Positions 8,690-18,226 of a stretch of DNA of 49,284 bases are shown here, piece after piece. The first letter of the stretch is position 1. Every line of letters starts with the position of its first letter. The stretch spans positions 1 to 49,284 of the forward strand of contig SDNY01000009.1 of the NCBI GenBank assembly GCA_004524535.1. The letters run 5' to 3'. A model generated the notes under the pieces. The model was not told the DNA's origin and ran no database searches. It saw nothing but the letters and a program-made list of their open reading frames with translations. Both the position numbers and the translations under genes were made by a program. This DNA is from Promethearchaeota archaeon. Lineage in GTDB: Archaea; Asgardarchaeota; Lokiarchaeia; Sigyniarchaeales; SOKP01.

Positions 8690-8770
8690 AAATGAATGAT
8701 TTTAGTAAACATTAAAGAATAAAATCTATTGAATATTTATATAAAAAAAAACATTAAATGTGAAATTAAA

Positions 8771-10231
8771 ATGACGGATTTTGAACCCAAAATTGTAAGC
8801 AAAGAAGAATTGAGTAGAATTTCTGCGGAAGTAAATCCAGAAGAATTATTATTATTTGATAATCATTGTTTAAGTGCCCATTATGAAGATAAAGTATTAA
8901 TTGAAGCTAAAGAGCCAGGATCTCCTTGGGTGGTAACGAAAGATATTAAAACCGGAGAGAGAACAGAGATTATCGATTGCACCTCCCAAAATTGGACTTT
9001 AGCATTAGGATTTGCCCATCCTGATGTGAATTATGCCGTTGCGGAACAAATGAAAAGAATTACTCATGTAAAATCGAGTGTTGTTTCTCCAGCACGGGCT
9101 AAATTTGTAAATAAATTAGCTGAATTGGCTCCAGGAAGATTGAAAGATGGCAGAGTCCATATCAATAATTCGGGTGGCAGTTTAGCTATTGAAGCTGCGA
9201 TAAAGCTTGCTCTGGTAGCACGTAAAGATGCTGATCAATTTTTAGTTTTTCGGGGGGGATACCACGGGAATACATTAGCGATGCTAACCGCATCTCAACC
9301 TATCCATACTATAACGAGATTTCGCCCATTCGGAGTAGATAGGTTCGTTCGTTGCCCGCAACCATACTGTTACCGTTGTATGTGGAATTATAAAAATGGA
9401 TTATACGGTCAAAAAGATCCCCAATGCAATCTAGAGTGTTTCGAATTAATTAAGGAATATTTAACGGGATTAAGCTCAGCAAAACTTGCTGGGGTGATAT
9501 TGGAGGTTTGGCAGGCTGCAGGGGGACATATTCCTTTTCCTCCGGAGGTTCTTGTTAAATTAAGAGAAGTGTGCGATCAAGAAAAAATTCTCATTATCTA
9601 TGATGAGTCTCAAACAGGTGTATGGAGAACAGGAAAATATTTCACTCTCACAGAAAAGTATGAGAAAGAATTGGGATTAGACCTATCCCCAGATATTATG
9701 TGTTTCACAAAAGCCATCGGCGGAGGTTTTCCATTGGGGGCGATGATTGCATCTCCAAAAATTAGAAAACGATTTACTCCATCAGAAGATCATACTACAT
9801 TTTCTAGCACGCCCATAGGTTTAACAGCTGGGCTGGCAGCCTTTAAAGTCATTGAAAAAGGGAAACTTAATCAAAATTGTGAAGAAAGGGGCAAACAAAT
9901 CACGAAAAGATTAAAAGAGCTTCAAGAAAAGTATGAAGTCATTGGCGATATTCGTGGTCCAGGACTCTTTATCGGAATTGAGTTAGTTGAAAATAAAGAA
10001 TCCAGAGAGCCACATAAAGGACTACTGAATGAAATGCTCATAGAGGCAGTAAGACAGAATATTTTCTTTGGACCTAGCATGCCATACGTAAGCGGAACGG
10101 GAAATATGTCGATGTATAATTTAATTAAAATAAAACCACCACTCATCATTACAGAAGAAGAAGCCGATATTATCTGCGATAAATTTGAAAGCGTGCTGAA
10201 AGCGTCGTTAAATAATGTAAAAAAGAAATAA
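8771..10231 (+). CDS. Class III PLP-dependent aminotransferase (GabT/ArgD-like)
   Basis: GGYHGNT, IYDESQTGVWRTG, PDIMCFTKAIGGGFPLG (PLP Lys), DIRGPGLFIGIELV; ATG at 8771 preferred. Confidence 0.93.
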   Translation: MTDFEPKIVSKEELSRISAEVNPEELLLFDNHCLSAHYEDKVLIEAKEPGSPWVVTKDIKTGERTEIIDCTSQNWTLALGFAHPDVNYAVAEQMKRITHVKSSVVSPARAKFVNKLAELAPGRLKDGRVHINNSGGSLAIEAAIKLALVARKDADQFLVFRGGYHGNTLAMLTASQPIHTITRFRPFGVDRFVRCPQPYCYRCMWNYKNGLYGQKDPQCNLECFELIKEYLTGLSSAKLAGVILEVWQAAGGHIPFPPEVLVKLREVCDQEKILIIYDESQTGVWRTGKYFTLTEKYEKELGLDLSPDIMCFTKAIGGGFPLGAMIASPKIRKRFTPSEDHTTFSSTPIGLTAGLAAFKVIEKGKLNQNCEERGKQITKRLKELQEKYEVIGDIRGPGLFIGIELVENKESREPHKGLLNEMLIEAVRQNIFFGPSMPYVSGTGNMSMYNLIKIKPPLIITEEEADIICDKFESVLKASLNNVKKK

Positions 10232-10272
10232 ACTAATATTTTTTTATAATTTATTTATAGAAATTGTATCTT

Positions 10273-11397
10273 TTAATATTCAAACTTTTTATTTTGAAGA
10301 TTAAAAGCTCTTGCAGTAGTATAAAGTGTTTCTATATTCTCAATAGGATGGAAATCCATAATATCAGTACAAGGTCCAAAAACTAGATTGTTACTCGGAG
10401 CGACAGTTTTAATAATCAGTTCACATTGCTCCCGAACTTCATTAGGAGTTCCTTGCCAGAGCAAAACGCTAACATCAATATTTCCATTCCAAGAAATTTT
10501 ATCTCCATATTGTTTATTTAAAGCTATTATATCCACTCCAGCTGCAGGTTCAAGGCATTGAAGTAAATCTAAACCCATTTCTATATAACAAGGTATTAGC
10601 TTATCAATTTTTCCATCAGTATGGATCATTGTTTTTCCTCCACGTTTATGTATCATATTAAAAAGGGATTTATATAAAGGTGAGTAATGCTTCTTAAATT
10701 GCTCAGGTGAAATCATTAATCTCCCTTTTTGTGCAATATCATCAGTAAAAGCAATGACCATCTCAGGATCAATATCGAGGAGTCTTTTACATATCTCAAT
10801 ATTAACTTTATGAAGCTCTGCAATTGTTTTTTTTAAGAGCCCGGTTGGCTTTCTAAGTTCTTTGGCAAAAGTTACATAACCTAAGTTTAACCAGTTTCCT
10901 TCATGGAGTCCATATATAATAGGAAAAACATATATATTATCTTCTTTTATTACCTTTTCATTGTAAAACTTCTCAAAGCGATCAAAAGCTTCTTGTGGAG
11001 GGGGAATTCTTGGAGGAAATTGTTCCTCACGAATCTCGAGTGATGTCCAAGCACCATCAATATAGAAATATCTACCATCAGAGGAATATTTATAAATACA
11101 TCCATCTGGTTGAATTATAGCTCCATCAGTTCTTATAGTGGGTTTAAATTTAAACTCATGAGTATCCATCATATTCGTTAAAGTTGGATCCGTTGTAGCA
11201 TCTATTCCTAAAGCTACCAGAACGGTTTGATCCTGTCCAAATCTAACTCTTTTATATTTTTTCCCCCGTAAACGTTCCCTTTTATAATTTTTTATAAATC
11301 CTGATTCTGCCTTAAATGCGTAAGTAGGTAATTTATCAGCTACTTCATGATTTGTAGCACAGAGGAATCTTTCCTTATGAGTTAGTTTTTTAGTCAT
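10273..11397 (-). CDS. Uroporphyrinogen decarboxylase / MtaA-CmuA superfamily protein
   Basis: THKERFLCA, FTDDIA, MISPEQFKKHYSP, IHTDG, WNGNIDVSVLLWQGTPNEV, PIENI. Confidence 0.85.
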   Translation of the reverse strand: MTKKLTHKERFLCATNHEVADKLPTYAFKAESGFIKNYKRERLRGKKYKRVRFGQDQTVLVALGIDATTDPTLTNMMDTHEFKFKPTIRTDGAIIQPDGCIYKYSSDGRYFYIDGAWTSLEIREEQFPPRIPPPQEAFDRFEKFYNEKVIKEDNIYVFPIIYGLHEGNWLNLGYVTFAKELRKPTGLLKKTIAELHKVNIEICKRLLDIDPEMVIAFTDDIAQKGRLMISPEQFKKHYSPLYKSLFNMIHKRGGKTMIHTDGKIDKLIPCYIEMGLDLLQCLEPAAGVDIIALNKQYGDKISWNGNIDVSVLLWQGTPNEVREQCELIIKTVAPSNNLVFGPCTDIMDFHPIENIETLYTTARAFNLQNKKFEY

Positions 11398-11430
11398 TTA
11401 ATTACAAATAAGAATTAAACTAATCTTTTT

Positions 11431-12234
11431 TTATAGCTTATTTATAGAAATAGTAAGACCCCCGTCGATAATCATATTTTGACCAGTAATATAATCAGCT
11501 GCGGGTGAGGCTAAAAATAATGCGACATCAGCAACCCATTTTGCATCACCAATCTTGTCTATTGGAAGTTTAACGCCTCTTGTATCTAATAATTGTCGTA
11601 TTAATTTAGGATCGTTTTTATAAATTGGTGTTAAGAACACTCCAGGGGATATTGCATTTACAGTAATATCGCTTGGCCCTAATTCTAACGCCCAGAGTTT
11701 TGTAAAAGCGATAAGTGTTGCCTTACTTGCGCTGTATATGCCTAATAAAGGATTAATACCATTTTGAGTTCCAGCACAGGATGCAATATTAATAATTTTA
11801 GCCCGAACAGGTTTAAATTGCCTTTGTCCTTTCATTTTTCGAAAGAGCGCCTTTGCACAATTCCAAGCGCCTTTCACATTAACAGCCATAACTTTATCAT
11901 ATATTTCTTCTTTTGCTTTTAATGAAGCATACAATCCACCATCAATCCCTGCATTATTTACTAATAGGAATACATTATCAAACTTTTCAAAAACTTGTTT
12001 GGTCATTGCTTTAACCTCTTCGGAATTTGAGATATCGGCTTTAGCGAGTAGAATTTCAACATTATGATCTTTTAAAATGAGATCTCGGGTTTCTTTAAGA
12101 CCATTTATATTAATGTCGTTGATAACCAAATCTGCTCCTTTATCTGCGAAGGCGATTGCCATCTCTCGACCAAATCCACTCCCAGAACCAGTAATTAAAG
12201 CAACCTTTCCTTCCAAAAATTTATTGTTTGTCAT
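11431..12234 (-). CDS. Classical SDR oxidoreductase (FabG-like)
   Basis: TGSGSGFG, LVNNAG, YSASK, VNAISPG, YITGQNMIIDGG. Confidence 0.95.
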   Translation of the reverse strand: MTNNKFLEGKVALITGSGSGFGREMAIAFADKGADLVINDININGLKETRDLILKDHNVEILLAKADISNSEEVKAMTKQVFEKFDNVFLLVNNAGIDGGLYASLKAKEEIYDKVMAVNVKGAWNCAKALFRKMKGQRQFKPVRAKIINIASCAGTQNGINPLLGIYSASKATLIAFTKLWALELGPSDITVNAISPGVFLTPIYKNDPKLIRQLLDTRGVKLPIDKIGDAKWVADVALFLASPAADYITGQNMIIDGGLTISINKL

Positions 12235-12293
12235 TTTAATTTCACTTTTTAATATATTAAATTAAAAAAAAAATATTGTGTTTTAATTAAGAA

Positions 12294-14030
12294 TTATCCA
12301 AATAAGCCTTTATTTTTTTTATAAAAGCCAACTATTTTCATTGCTGGTGGCGATCTCTCAAAAGCAATATCTACATCAATAACAGTTGGTTTCTTTGATT
12401 CAATGGCTCGTTGTATAGCTGGCTTAATGTCTTCCGGATTTTCTATTTTTTCTCCGTGACAACCAAAACTTTTTGCAATTTCAGCGTAATTTATTGCTGG
12501 GAGATCAACATCACAGTATCTTTTCTCTAAATTTGTTTTTTGATTGTTCTTTATCATCCCCCAACAGCTATTATTTGCAATAACGATGATAATAGGTAAA
12601 TTTAATCTAACTGCGGTTTCTAATTCTTGTACATTAAACATAAAACTACCATCACCACTTAAGCAAATTACAAATTTATCAGGTTTAGCCATTTTAACGC
12701 CAATTGCGTAAGGAATTCCTACTCCTAAATGCCCCATTGATATTGGGTAAAAAGTAGATCTTGGAGGGCGTGGTTTATGATTGATAAATTTATAAGAAAA
12801 AACCACAATATCTCCTCCATCAAGTACAATCTGTGCATCTTCGGGGATAAAATCAAACACTTCATAAACTAGTCTTTCAGGACTCATAGGTATTTTTTTA
12901 GAATCCCGTATTTTACGATTTAATTGAGCATCTTGAGTTCGAATTTCTTGTAAATAAGTATTCCATTCGGACCATTCTGTTATTTTTTCTTTAGGGAGGT
13001 TTCTTTCCATTTCATTTAATAATTGCTCGATAACTACTTTGCAATCTCCGATAATACTTACTTCAACAGGTCTATTTTTGCCTATTTCATTAGGATCAAT
13101 ATCTACCTGAATAAGTTTTTGATCTTGATTCCAAAGAGGGGATGCCCCATAATATATAGAGTAATCCCATTTACAACCAAGCGATAAAACGACATCTGCT
13201 TCAGATGCGGCACTTCGATAAGCGTTCGAGATTAAAAATGAATCTAAAAAGGTTTTTTTATCGCTACTAATTGAACCTATACCATTTATTGTTGTTCCAC
13301 AAGGAATCATATAGGTTTCTGAAAATTTAGTTAATTCCTCTGACGCTTCTGAAGCAATCAAACCACCACCCGCAACTATTAGAGGTTTCTGTGCTGTGTT
13401 TAAAACTTCAACAGCTTTTTTAATTTCTTCAGGGTTTCCATATGATCTACCAATAGGGCGATATTGTTTTGGATCTAATATTTTTTTAACATCTTCTTCT
13501 GTAGCAGCTCTTACAAGAGCAGTTTCCCTAATGTCAAGATATACAGGAGCCCTTCTTCCGGATAAAGCAGTTTTTATAGCTTTCTGAACTGCACGAGGGA
13601 TTTCATTAGGTTCCTCAACTTGAATTTGAGCTTTTGTGATTGGTTTCATAAGAGATATTTGATCAATACCTCCCTGTAAGATACCGGTATCTTCAAACAT
13701 TCGGCCTATCTGTGCCCCAATCACCAACATAGGAATAGAATCTGCGTTAGCGGCAGCTACAGCGGGGACTAAATGGGTCACACCGGGTCCAAGTGTTCCA
13801 ATACAAACTCCAATTTCACCTGTTGCTCTAGCCCAAGCATCAGCTGCATGTCCTCCCGCTTGTTCATGGCGGACCATCACTGTGTCGATTCCTTCTTCAC
13901 GACCCCACCGTTCTATTGCGTCGTAAATTCTAAGCAATTCTCCTCCTACAATACCAAAAATTTTAGTTATACCTTCTTTTACTAAGCACTTAACTAATAA
14001 ATCTCCGCCGTCCATCTTTTGTTTAGACAT
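12294..14030 (-). CDS. Thiamine-diphosphate enzyme (acetolactate synthase / 2-hydroxyacyl-CoA lyase superfamily)
   Basis: VRHEQ catalytic Glu, GPGVT, and the GDGSFMF...ANN ThDP motif. Confidence 0.92.
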   Translation of the reverse strand: MSKQKMDGGDLLVKCLVKEGITKIFGIVGGELLRIYDAIERWGREEGIDTVMVRHEQAGGHAADAWARATGEIGVCIGTLGPGVTHLVPAVAAANADSIPMLVIGAQIGRMFEDTGILQGGIDQISLMKPITKAQIQVEEPNEIPRAVQKAIKTALSGRRAPVYLDIRETALVRAATEEDVKKILDPKQYRPIGRSYGNPEEIKKAVEVLNTAQKPLIVAGGGLIASEASEELTKFSETYMIPCGTTINGIGSISSDKKTFLDSFLISNAYRSAASEADVVLSLGCKWDYSIYYGASPLWNQDQKLIQVDIDPNEIGKNRPVEVSIIGDCKVVIEQLLNEMERNLPKEKITEWSEWNTYLQEIRTQDAQLNRKIRDSKKIPMSPERLVYEVFDFIPEDAQIVLDGGDIVVFSYKFINHKPRPPRSTFYPISMGHLGVGIPYAIGVKMAKPDKFVICLSGDGSFMFNVQELETAVRLNLPIIIVIANNSCWGMIKNNQKTNLEKRYCDVDLPAINYAEIAKSFGCHGEKIENPEDIKPAIQRAIESKKPTVIDVDIAFERSPPAMKIVGFYKKNKGLFG

Positions 14031-14098
14031 ATAAAAGAATTATCTCAAATTTAAAATAAAGTTTTTTACTATCAATAATAAAAAGAAGTTATAATTAG

Positions 14099-14542
14099 TT
14101 AAAACTCGAGGATTTCAACATAATATCCTAAATAGTCTATTGTATCTAAATAAGAAAAGGTAAGTTTGCCTAATTTACCAACTTGGATTACATCAATGTT
14201 AAATTTATTTTTAAACTGTTCAATTAATTTGTCTGCCTCTTTTGTATATATTCCTAGATGATGTAAACCTTCCTTTCCTTCTTTAAGAAATTCAGAATAT
14301 AAATTTGGGCCGGTTGCTTCAAGGACTTCTACAATTTCAAACTGTTTCCCGCCGAAATGTTGCATTATCTTGAGCATTTTAAATGTGGCCTCTTTACCTT
14401 TATATAATACGGTTGCATCTTGTTCAACAATGTTAATCTGTCCTTTGAAATTGAATAATTCTCTGTAAAGTTTCGCTGCTTTTTCAATATCTCTAACAAC
14501 TATACCTATTTGGTCGAATTTATCAATTTGTATTGAAATCAC
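14099..14542 (-). CDS. VOC family protein (methylmalonyl-CoA epimerase-like)
   Basis: DQIGIVVRDIEKA, QFEIVE, EFLKEGKEGLHHLG, VEILE. Confidence 0.88.
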   Translation of the reverse strand: MISIQIDKFDQIGIVVRDIEKAAKLYRELFNFKGQINIVEQDATVLYKGKEATFKMLKIMQHFGGKQFEIVEVLEATGPNLYSEFLKEGKEGLHHLGIYTKEADKLIEQFKNKFNIDVIQVGKLGKLTFSYLDTIDYLGYYVEILEF

Positions 14543-14554
14543 CTTTATTTTTTA

Positions 14555-15844
14555 TTAGAAAACTTTTGGATTGAATTCTAATTTTGCGGTAGGAGTTTTT
14601 AATTTAAATTTTTGCTTTAATATCATATTTTTCAATTCTTCGGCTAATTTTATAGCGCCGTGTCTGTCTGATTGTCTTAAAACTATTGGAATGTCTTTTC
14701 CCTCGAATTTTATCGTTTTTAAATCTACTTCGAACGCATCTTTGGGGCATACTACAACACAAGTTCCACAATTAAAGCATCTACTTCTATTTATCCCATT
14801 TTTCATATCGAAAGCATTAGTAGGACATTTAGCATCAACTGGACATTCCTCACAATCCACACATTTTTTAGGATCAAATTTTACTTTGAAATTATTATCC
14901 CAAACGTCACCATAAGTAATTTTACCCATTTTGGATCTGCCTACGACATTTAACAAGGTTAACGGAACATCTTTATCTGATTTATTAATGTTATTGAATA
15001 TGCTTTCATTTAATATAGGGATGGGTGCTGCGATGCTACAGATATTTTCTAATCCGAATGATGTTTGAAAGGCACCCATATATTCTGGTTTCATTCCTTT
15101 AAAATCCGCAATCGTTTGCATATTTGGTTTTAATCTGTCATTTCTCGTACCAGGACCAAAAATAAATCCAATCCCGCCATTTACTAAGATTTGCGTTCCG
15201 ATGCCAAACACTTCAGCTTTAGGATCATTTTGAAAGGGATTTAATGCTCCACAACCTGAAAATGTAACTTGACTATTATTTCCTTCAAAAGGAAGTACTG
15301 AAAAAATAGTCTCTACACTCTCGTTTGTAGGATTTATCATAGCAAAATAATTTTTAATTGCTTGTCTAGTTCCCATCATTCTTGCAAATTGCATGTCATC
15401 TAAAGTAATATCTTTTTCAATTGTAGTTCCTTCAATACTTTTTGCTACGATGTTTATAGTTTTTCCTTCCACTAAATCTCTAAAAAGTGTACCTCCAGAA
15501 TATTCTTCTCTCGTATTACTCAATGTAGTACCATATAAGATTAAATCTACAATACCAAGAAACTCATTTGGGCACGGTCCTGGAAATGCGGCAACCCCAT
15601 TAAGAGAAACTTCAATAAATTTTCTTATTTTCTTAGGAGCAGATAATCTGAAGGAAAAAATACCTGCAATTCCACTCATAAGTGCTTTAGTGGCAGTTGT
15701 AACAACATCAACATCATCAAATTGAACTTTTTCACCATCACTTAGACGATCTATTAAATCTTGAACAGTTAATACGGTAGCAGTACCTTTTTTAATTTTT
15801 TCATTTATTTCTGGGAGCGTTCTTTTCTTAGCCACAAAAAACAC
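14555..15844 (-). CDS. Methanogenesis marker 16-type metalloprotein (DUF39 / homocysteine-synthesis-like domain + 2x[4Fe-4S] ferredoxin)
   Basis: RTLPEINEKIKKG, DVDVVTTAT, GPCPNEFLG, FSGCGALNPFQNDP, C-terminal CVDCEEC..CP and CFNCGTCVVVCP; the start may be GTG at 15835. Confidence 0.85.
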   Translation of the reverse strand: MFFVAKKRTLPEINEKIKKGTATVLTVQDLIDRLSDGEKVQFDDVDVVTTATKALMSGIAGIFSFRLSAPKKIRKFIEVSLNGVAAFPGPCPNEFLGIVDLILYGTTLSNTREEYSGGTLFRDLVEGKTINIVAKSIEGTTIEKDITLDDMQFARMMGTRQAIKNYFAMINPTNESVETIFSVLPFEGNNSQVTFSGCGALNPFQNDPKAEVFGIGTQILVNGGIGFIFGPGTRNDRLKPNMQTIADFKGMKPEYMGAFQTSFGLENICSIAAPIPILNESIFNNINKSDKDVPLTLLNVVGRSKMGKITYGDVWDNNFKVKFDPKKCVDCEECPVDAKCPTNAFDMKNGINRSRCFNCGTCVVVCPKDAFEVDLKTIKFEGKDIPIVLRQSDRHGAIKLAEELKNMILKQKFKLKTPTAKLEFNPKVF

Positions 15845-15971
15845 TTAAATTTTCTAAAATAATATCATTTTTAATATTTAATCAATATTAAAATTTTTTT
15901 ATAGTATTTAAAATTACAAAACTTAAAGCATAAGATTAAAGAAAATTCAGCTTTTAGAGGTCATTATTTAT

Positions 15972-16694
15972 TTGTCCTATTTTGAATCTAGGTTAAGAGT
16001 AAACTTCGAGAATCCAAGCGAAATTAAAAAGAAATTAGATTTTTGTGAAAGATTAGGAATAAAAAACTTAATTTTAGAACCTAAAAATAATATTAGAGAT
16101 ATATCATTAAGCTTAAAAAAAGAAATTGAGAATTTAACAAAAATTAATATATTTTATCGTATCACTTTAAAACCATCAGGATTAAATGAACTTAAAAAAA
16201 AAATAAAATATTATAATAATTTCACAAATATACTTTCGGTTGAAACACCAGACAAAGATGCTCAACTTTATGCTGCAAAGGATTCTCGAGTGGACCTTAT
16301 TTCTTTTTCCACTCAGACTATATTAAAAACACTTACTCCAGGAGTAATTTCTTTAGCAAAACAAAATGGATCGTTTATAGAATTTTCTTTAGCACCAATC
16401 ATGGTATCAAATAAGTCAATTCAATCAAAAAATTTCAGAAATTTATATCGTTTTACAAGATTAGTTAGAGATTTAAAAGCAAATTATATCATTAGTGGAA
16501 ATTTTGAAGAATTATTTGATTTGAGACATCCAAGAGCTTTATTAAGCATATGTTATTCACTATTAGAGATTCCATTAATCGATGCTAAAAAAGCTTTTAA
16601 GGATAATCCCCGCATTTTATTAAAAAAAGTTCAAGAACGACAAAATAGTGATTTTCTTGACACAGGAGTAAAATTAATTAAGGGAGTGAAATAA
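15972..16694 (+). CDS. rnp3: RNase P protein component 3 (Rpp30)
   Basis: AAKDSRVDLI, LAKQNGSFIEFSL, IISG...FDLRHPR; immediately upstream of Pop5. Confidence 0.88.
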   Translation: MSYFESRLRVNFENPSEIKKKLDFCERLGIKNLILEPKNNIRDISLSLKKEIENLTKINIFYRITLKPSGLNELKKKIKYYNNFTNILSVETPDKDAQLYAAKDSRVDLISFSTQTILKTLTPGVISLAKQNGSFIEFSLAPIMVSNKSIQSKNFRNLYRFTRLVRDLKANYIISGNFEELFDLRHPRALLSICYSLLEIPLIDAKKAFKDNPRILLKKVQERQNSDFLDTGVKLIKGVK

Positions 16695-16696
16695 TC

Positions 16697-17023
16697 TTGG
16701 TTAAATTAGAGAGGCAGAGATATATTTTATTTAAAATTATAAAAGATGCCAATATTTTCTGTGAGAAAAAAGACTTTTTAAATTTGATTTGGCGTTCTAT
16801 ATGGAGATACTTCGGTATGAAAGAAGCTAATAAAATCGGGCTATGGTTATTTAAACTAAATTTAGAGGAAGAAATTGGAATAATAAGATGTACAAATAAA
16901 ACAAAAGAGGAAATAATTTCAGCACTGACGCTTATAAGGGAAATCAATGGAAAAAGGATAATATTGTCTCCGGTAAAAACATCAGGGACAATTAAAGGTT
17001 TAAAAAAAATAAAAATTAAATAA
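16697..17023 (+). CDS. rnp2: RNase P protein component 2 (Pop5/Rpp14)
   Basis: RQRYILF, GIIRC, TSGTIK motifs. Confidence 0.92.
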   Translation: MVKLERQRYILFKIIKDANIFCEKKDFLNLIWRSIWRYFGMKEANKIGLWLFKLNLEEEIGIIRCTNKTKEEIISALTLIREINGKRIILSPVKTSGTIKGLKKIKIK

Positions 17024-17057
17024 GTAATAATTAAGTAAAAAAAAATTCTAAACAATA

Positions 17058-17492
17058 ATGAGAGACATAATCTTAACAAATGCATATATTCAGAATAATG
17101 AAGATTCTACTAATATTAATTTAAATTTTTCATCATCAGGTAAAAAGAATTTAAAAAAATATCCGTATTTATTAGTCGTCCAATCAATCCAAGAAGATTT
17201 TATAAGATTAACAATATATCCTGTAAAAATAAATAATTTAATTAAAGTAAGTTTATGTGGTTTAAAAATATCAGATGAAACGAATAACATATATTTAAGT
17301 TTAGCCAAAACGCTCCAAAATTTTGAGATAATTCATACTTCTGGTTTATTAATACAAGGAAATAAATTATACTTTGAATGTTATCTTAATTTAAGCTTAT
17401 CTGATGTTAAAACTAGAGTTTTAAAAGCAGCTTTAAATAAGATTAAAAATATATTTAAAGATATAAGAATTGAAGAAATTGGTTTAAAATAA
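17058..17492 (+). CDS. Hypothetical protein, possible C-terminal ACT-like domain
   Basis: Clean ATG ORF in the operon; beta-alpha-beta-beta-alpha-beta-like pattern around IIHTSGL. Confidence 0.55.
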   Translation: MRDIILTNAYIQNNEDSTNINLNFSSSGKKNLKKYPYLLVVQSIQEDFIRLTIYPVKINNLIKVSLCGLKISDETNNIYLSLAKTLQNFEIIHTSGLLIQGNKLYFECYLNLSLSDVKTRVLKAALNKIKNIFKDIRIEEIGLK

Positions 17493-17511
17493 AGCAATAA
17501 AAAGAATAAAT

Positions 17512-17973
17512 ATGAAAAGTTGGAAAGTAATCCTAAAAATTTCGAATGGCTCAGAAATAGAAAAAGAAGTAGAACTATATGATGCTAAGTCTTATTTTGG
17601 GGGATACTTAAAAATTAAAAGAGCTTATTTTAATGAGTTAGCTAAAACGATTAAAATCACCAAAAAATATTCCACAGGGAGAGCAATTGAAAGAGTTATA
17701 GGCCCAGAAAATGATGTAGATTGGACAGCTAATCCGTGGATGCTTTTTATTGTGAAAGATACAGAAAAAAATAAACCATTTTGGTTTTTTATTAAAAGAG
17801 AGAAAGATCTCTCAGGACTATTAGTAGCAATTGGTCCAAAATCATATGCTGAATATACTAATAAACAGAATAATTCCGAAGCGAGGCGGGAAATTAAACG
17901 CCTTATAAATTATATTATTGCTTATCTAAATAAATTCCATTGCTTAATCTTACTTCCTAATTTTTTATCATGA
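17512..17973 (+). CDS. Hypothetical protein
   Basis: 153-aa ATG ORF 19 nt after the previous gene, with globular composition. Confidence 0.7.
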   Translation: MKSWKVILKISNGSEIEKEVELYDAKSYFGGYLKIKRAYFNELAKTIKITKKYSTGRAIERVIGPENDVDWTANPWMLFIVKDTEKNKPFWFFIKREKDLSGLLVAIGPKSYAEYTNKQNNSEARREIKRLINYIIAYLNKFHCLILLPNFLS

Positions 17974-18226
17974 ATTTGATCATAGGAGTAAAGTGAAATT
18001 AAGTTTATAAAATGGTTTTTAAGTGTTATCTAAATTTTTATCGTCGATTTCGATTAAATGATTTTTTTAATAGCATTTCTGGGTCGAACCTGATGTTTAC
18101 AACTTCATATTATATATATCAAATCAAATCTGTATACGATACTAAATTTGTGAAAATTTAATATTCAAATTTAATTATCATTTTTAACGTGAAATATAAG
18201 GAAAAAAGAACAATTTAAGTGGTTTA

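Noticed and set aside
18012-18161. 49-codon ATG ORF in the intergenic gap
   Set aside because: No recognisable motif; length is compatible with chance.
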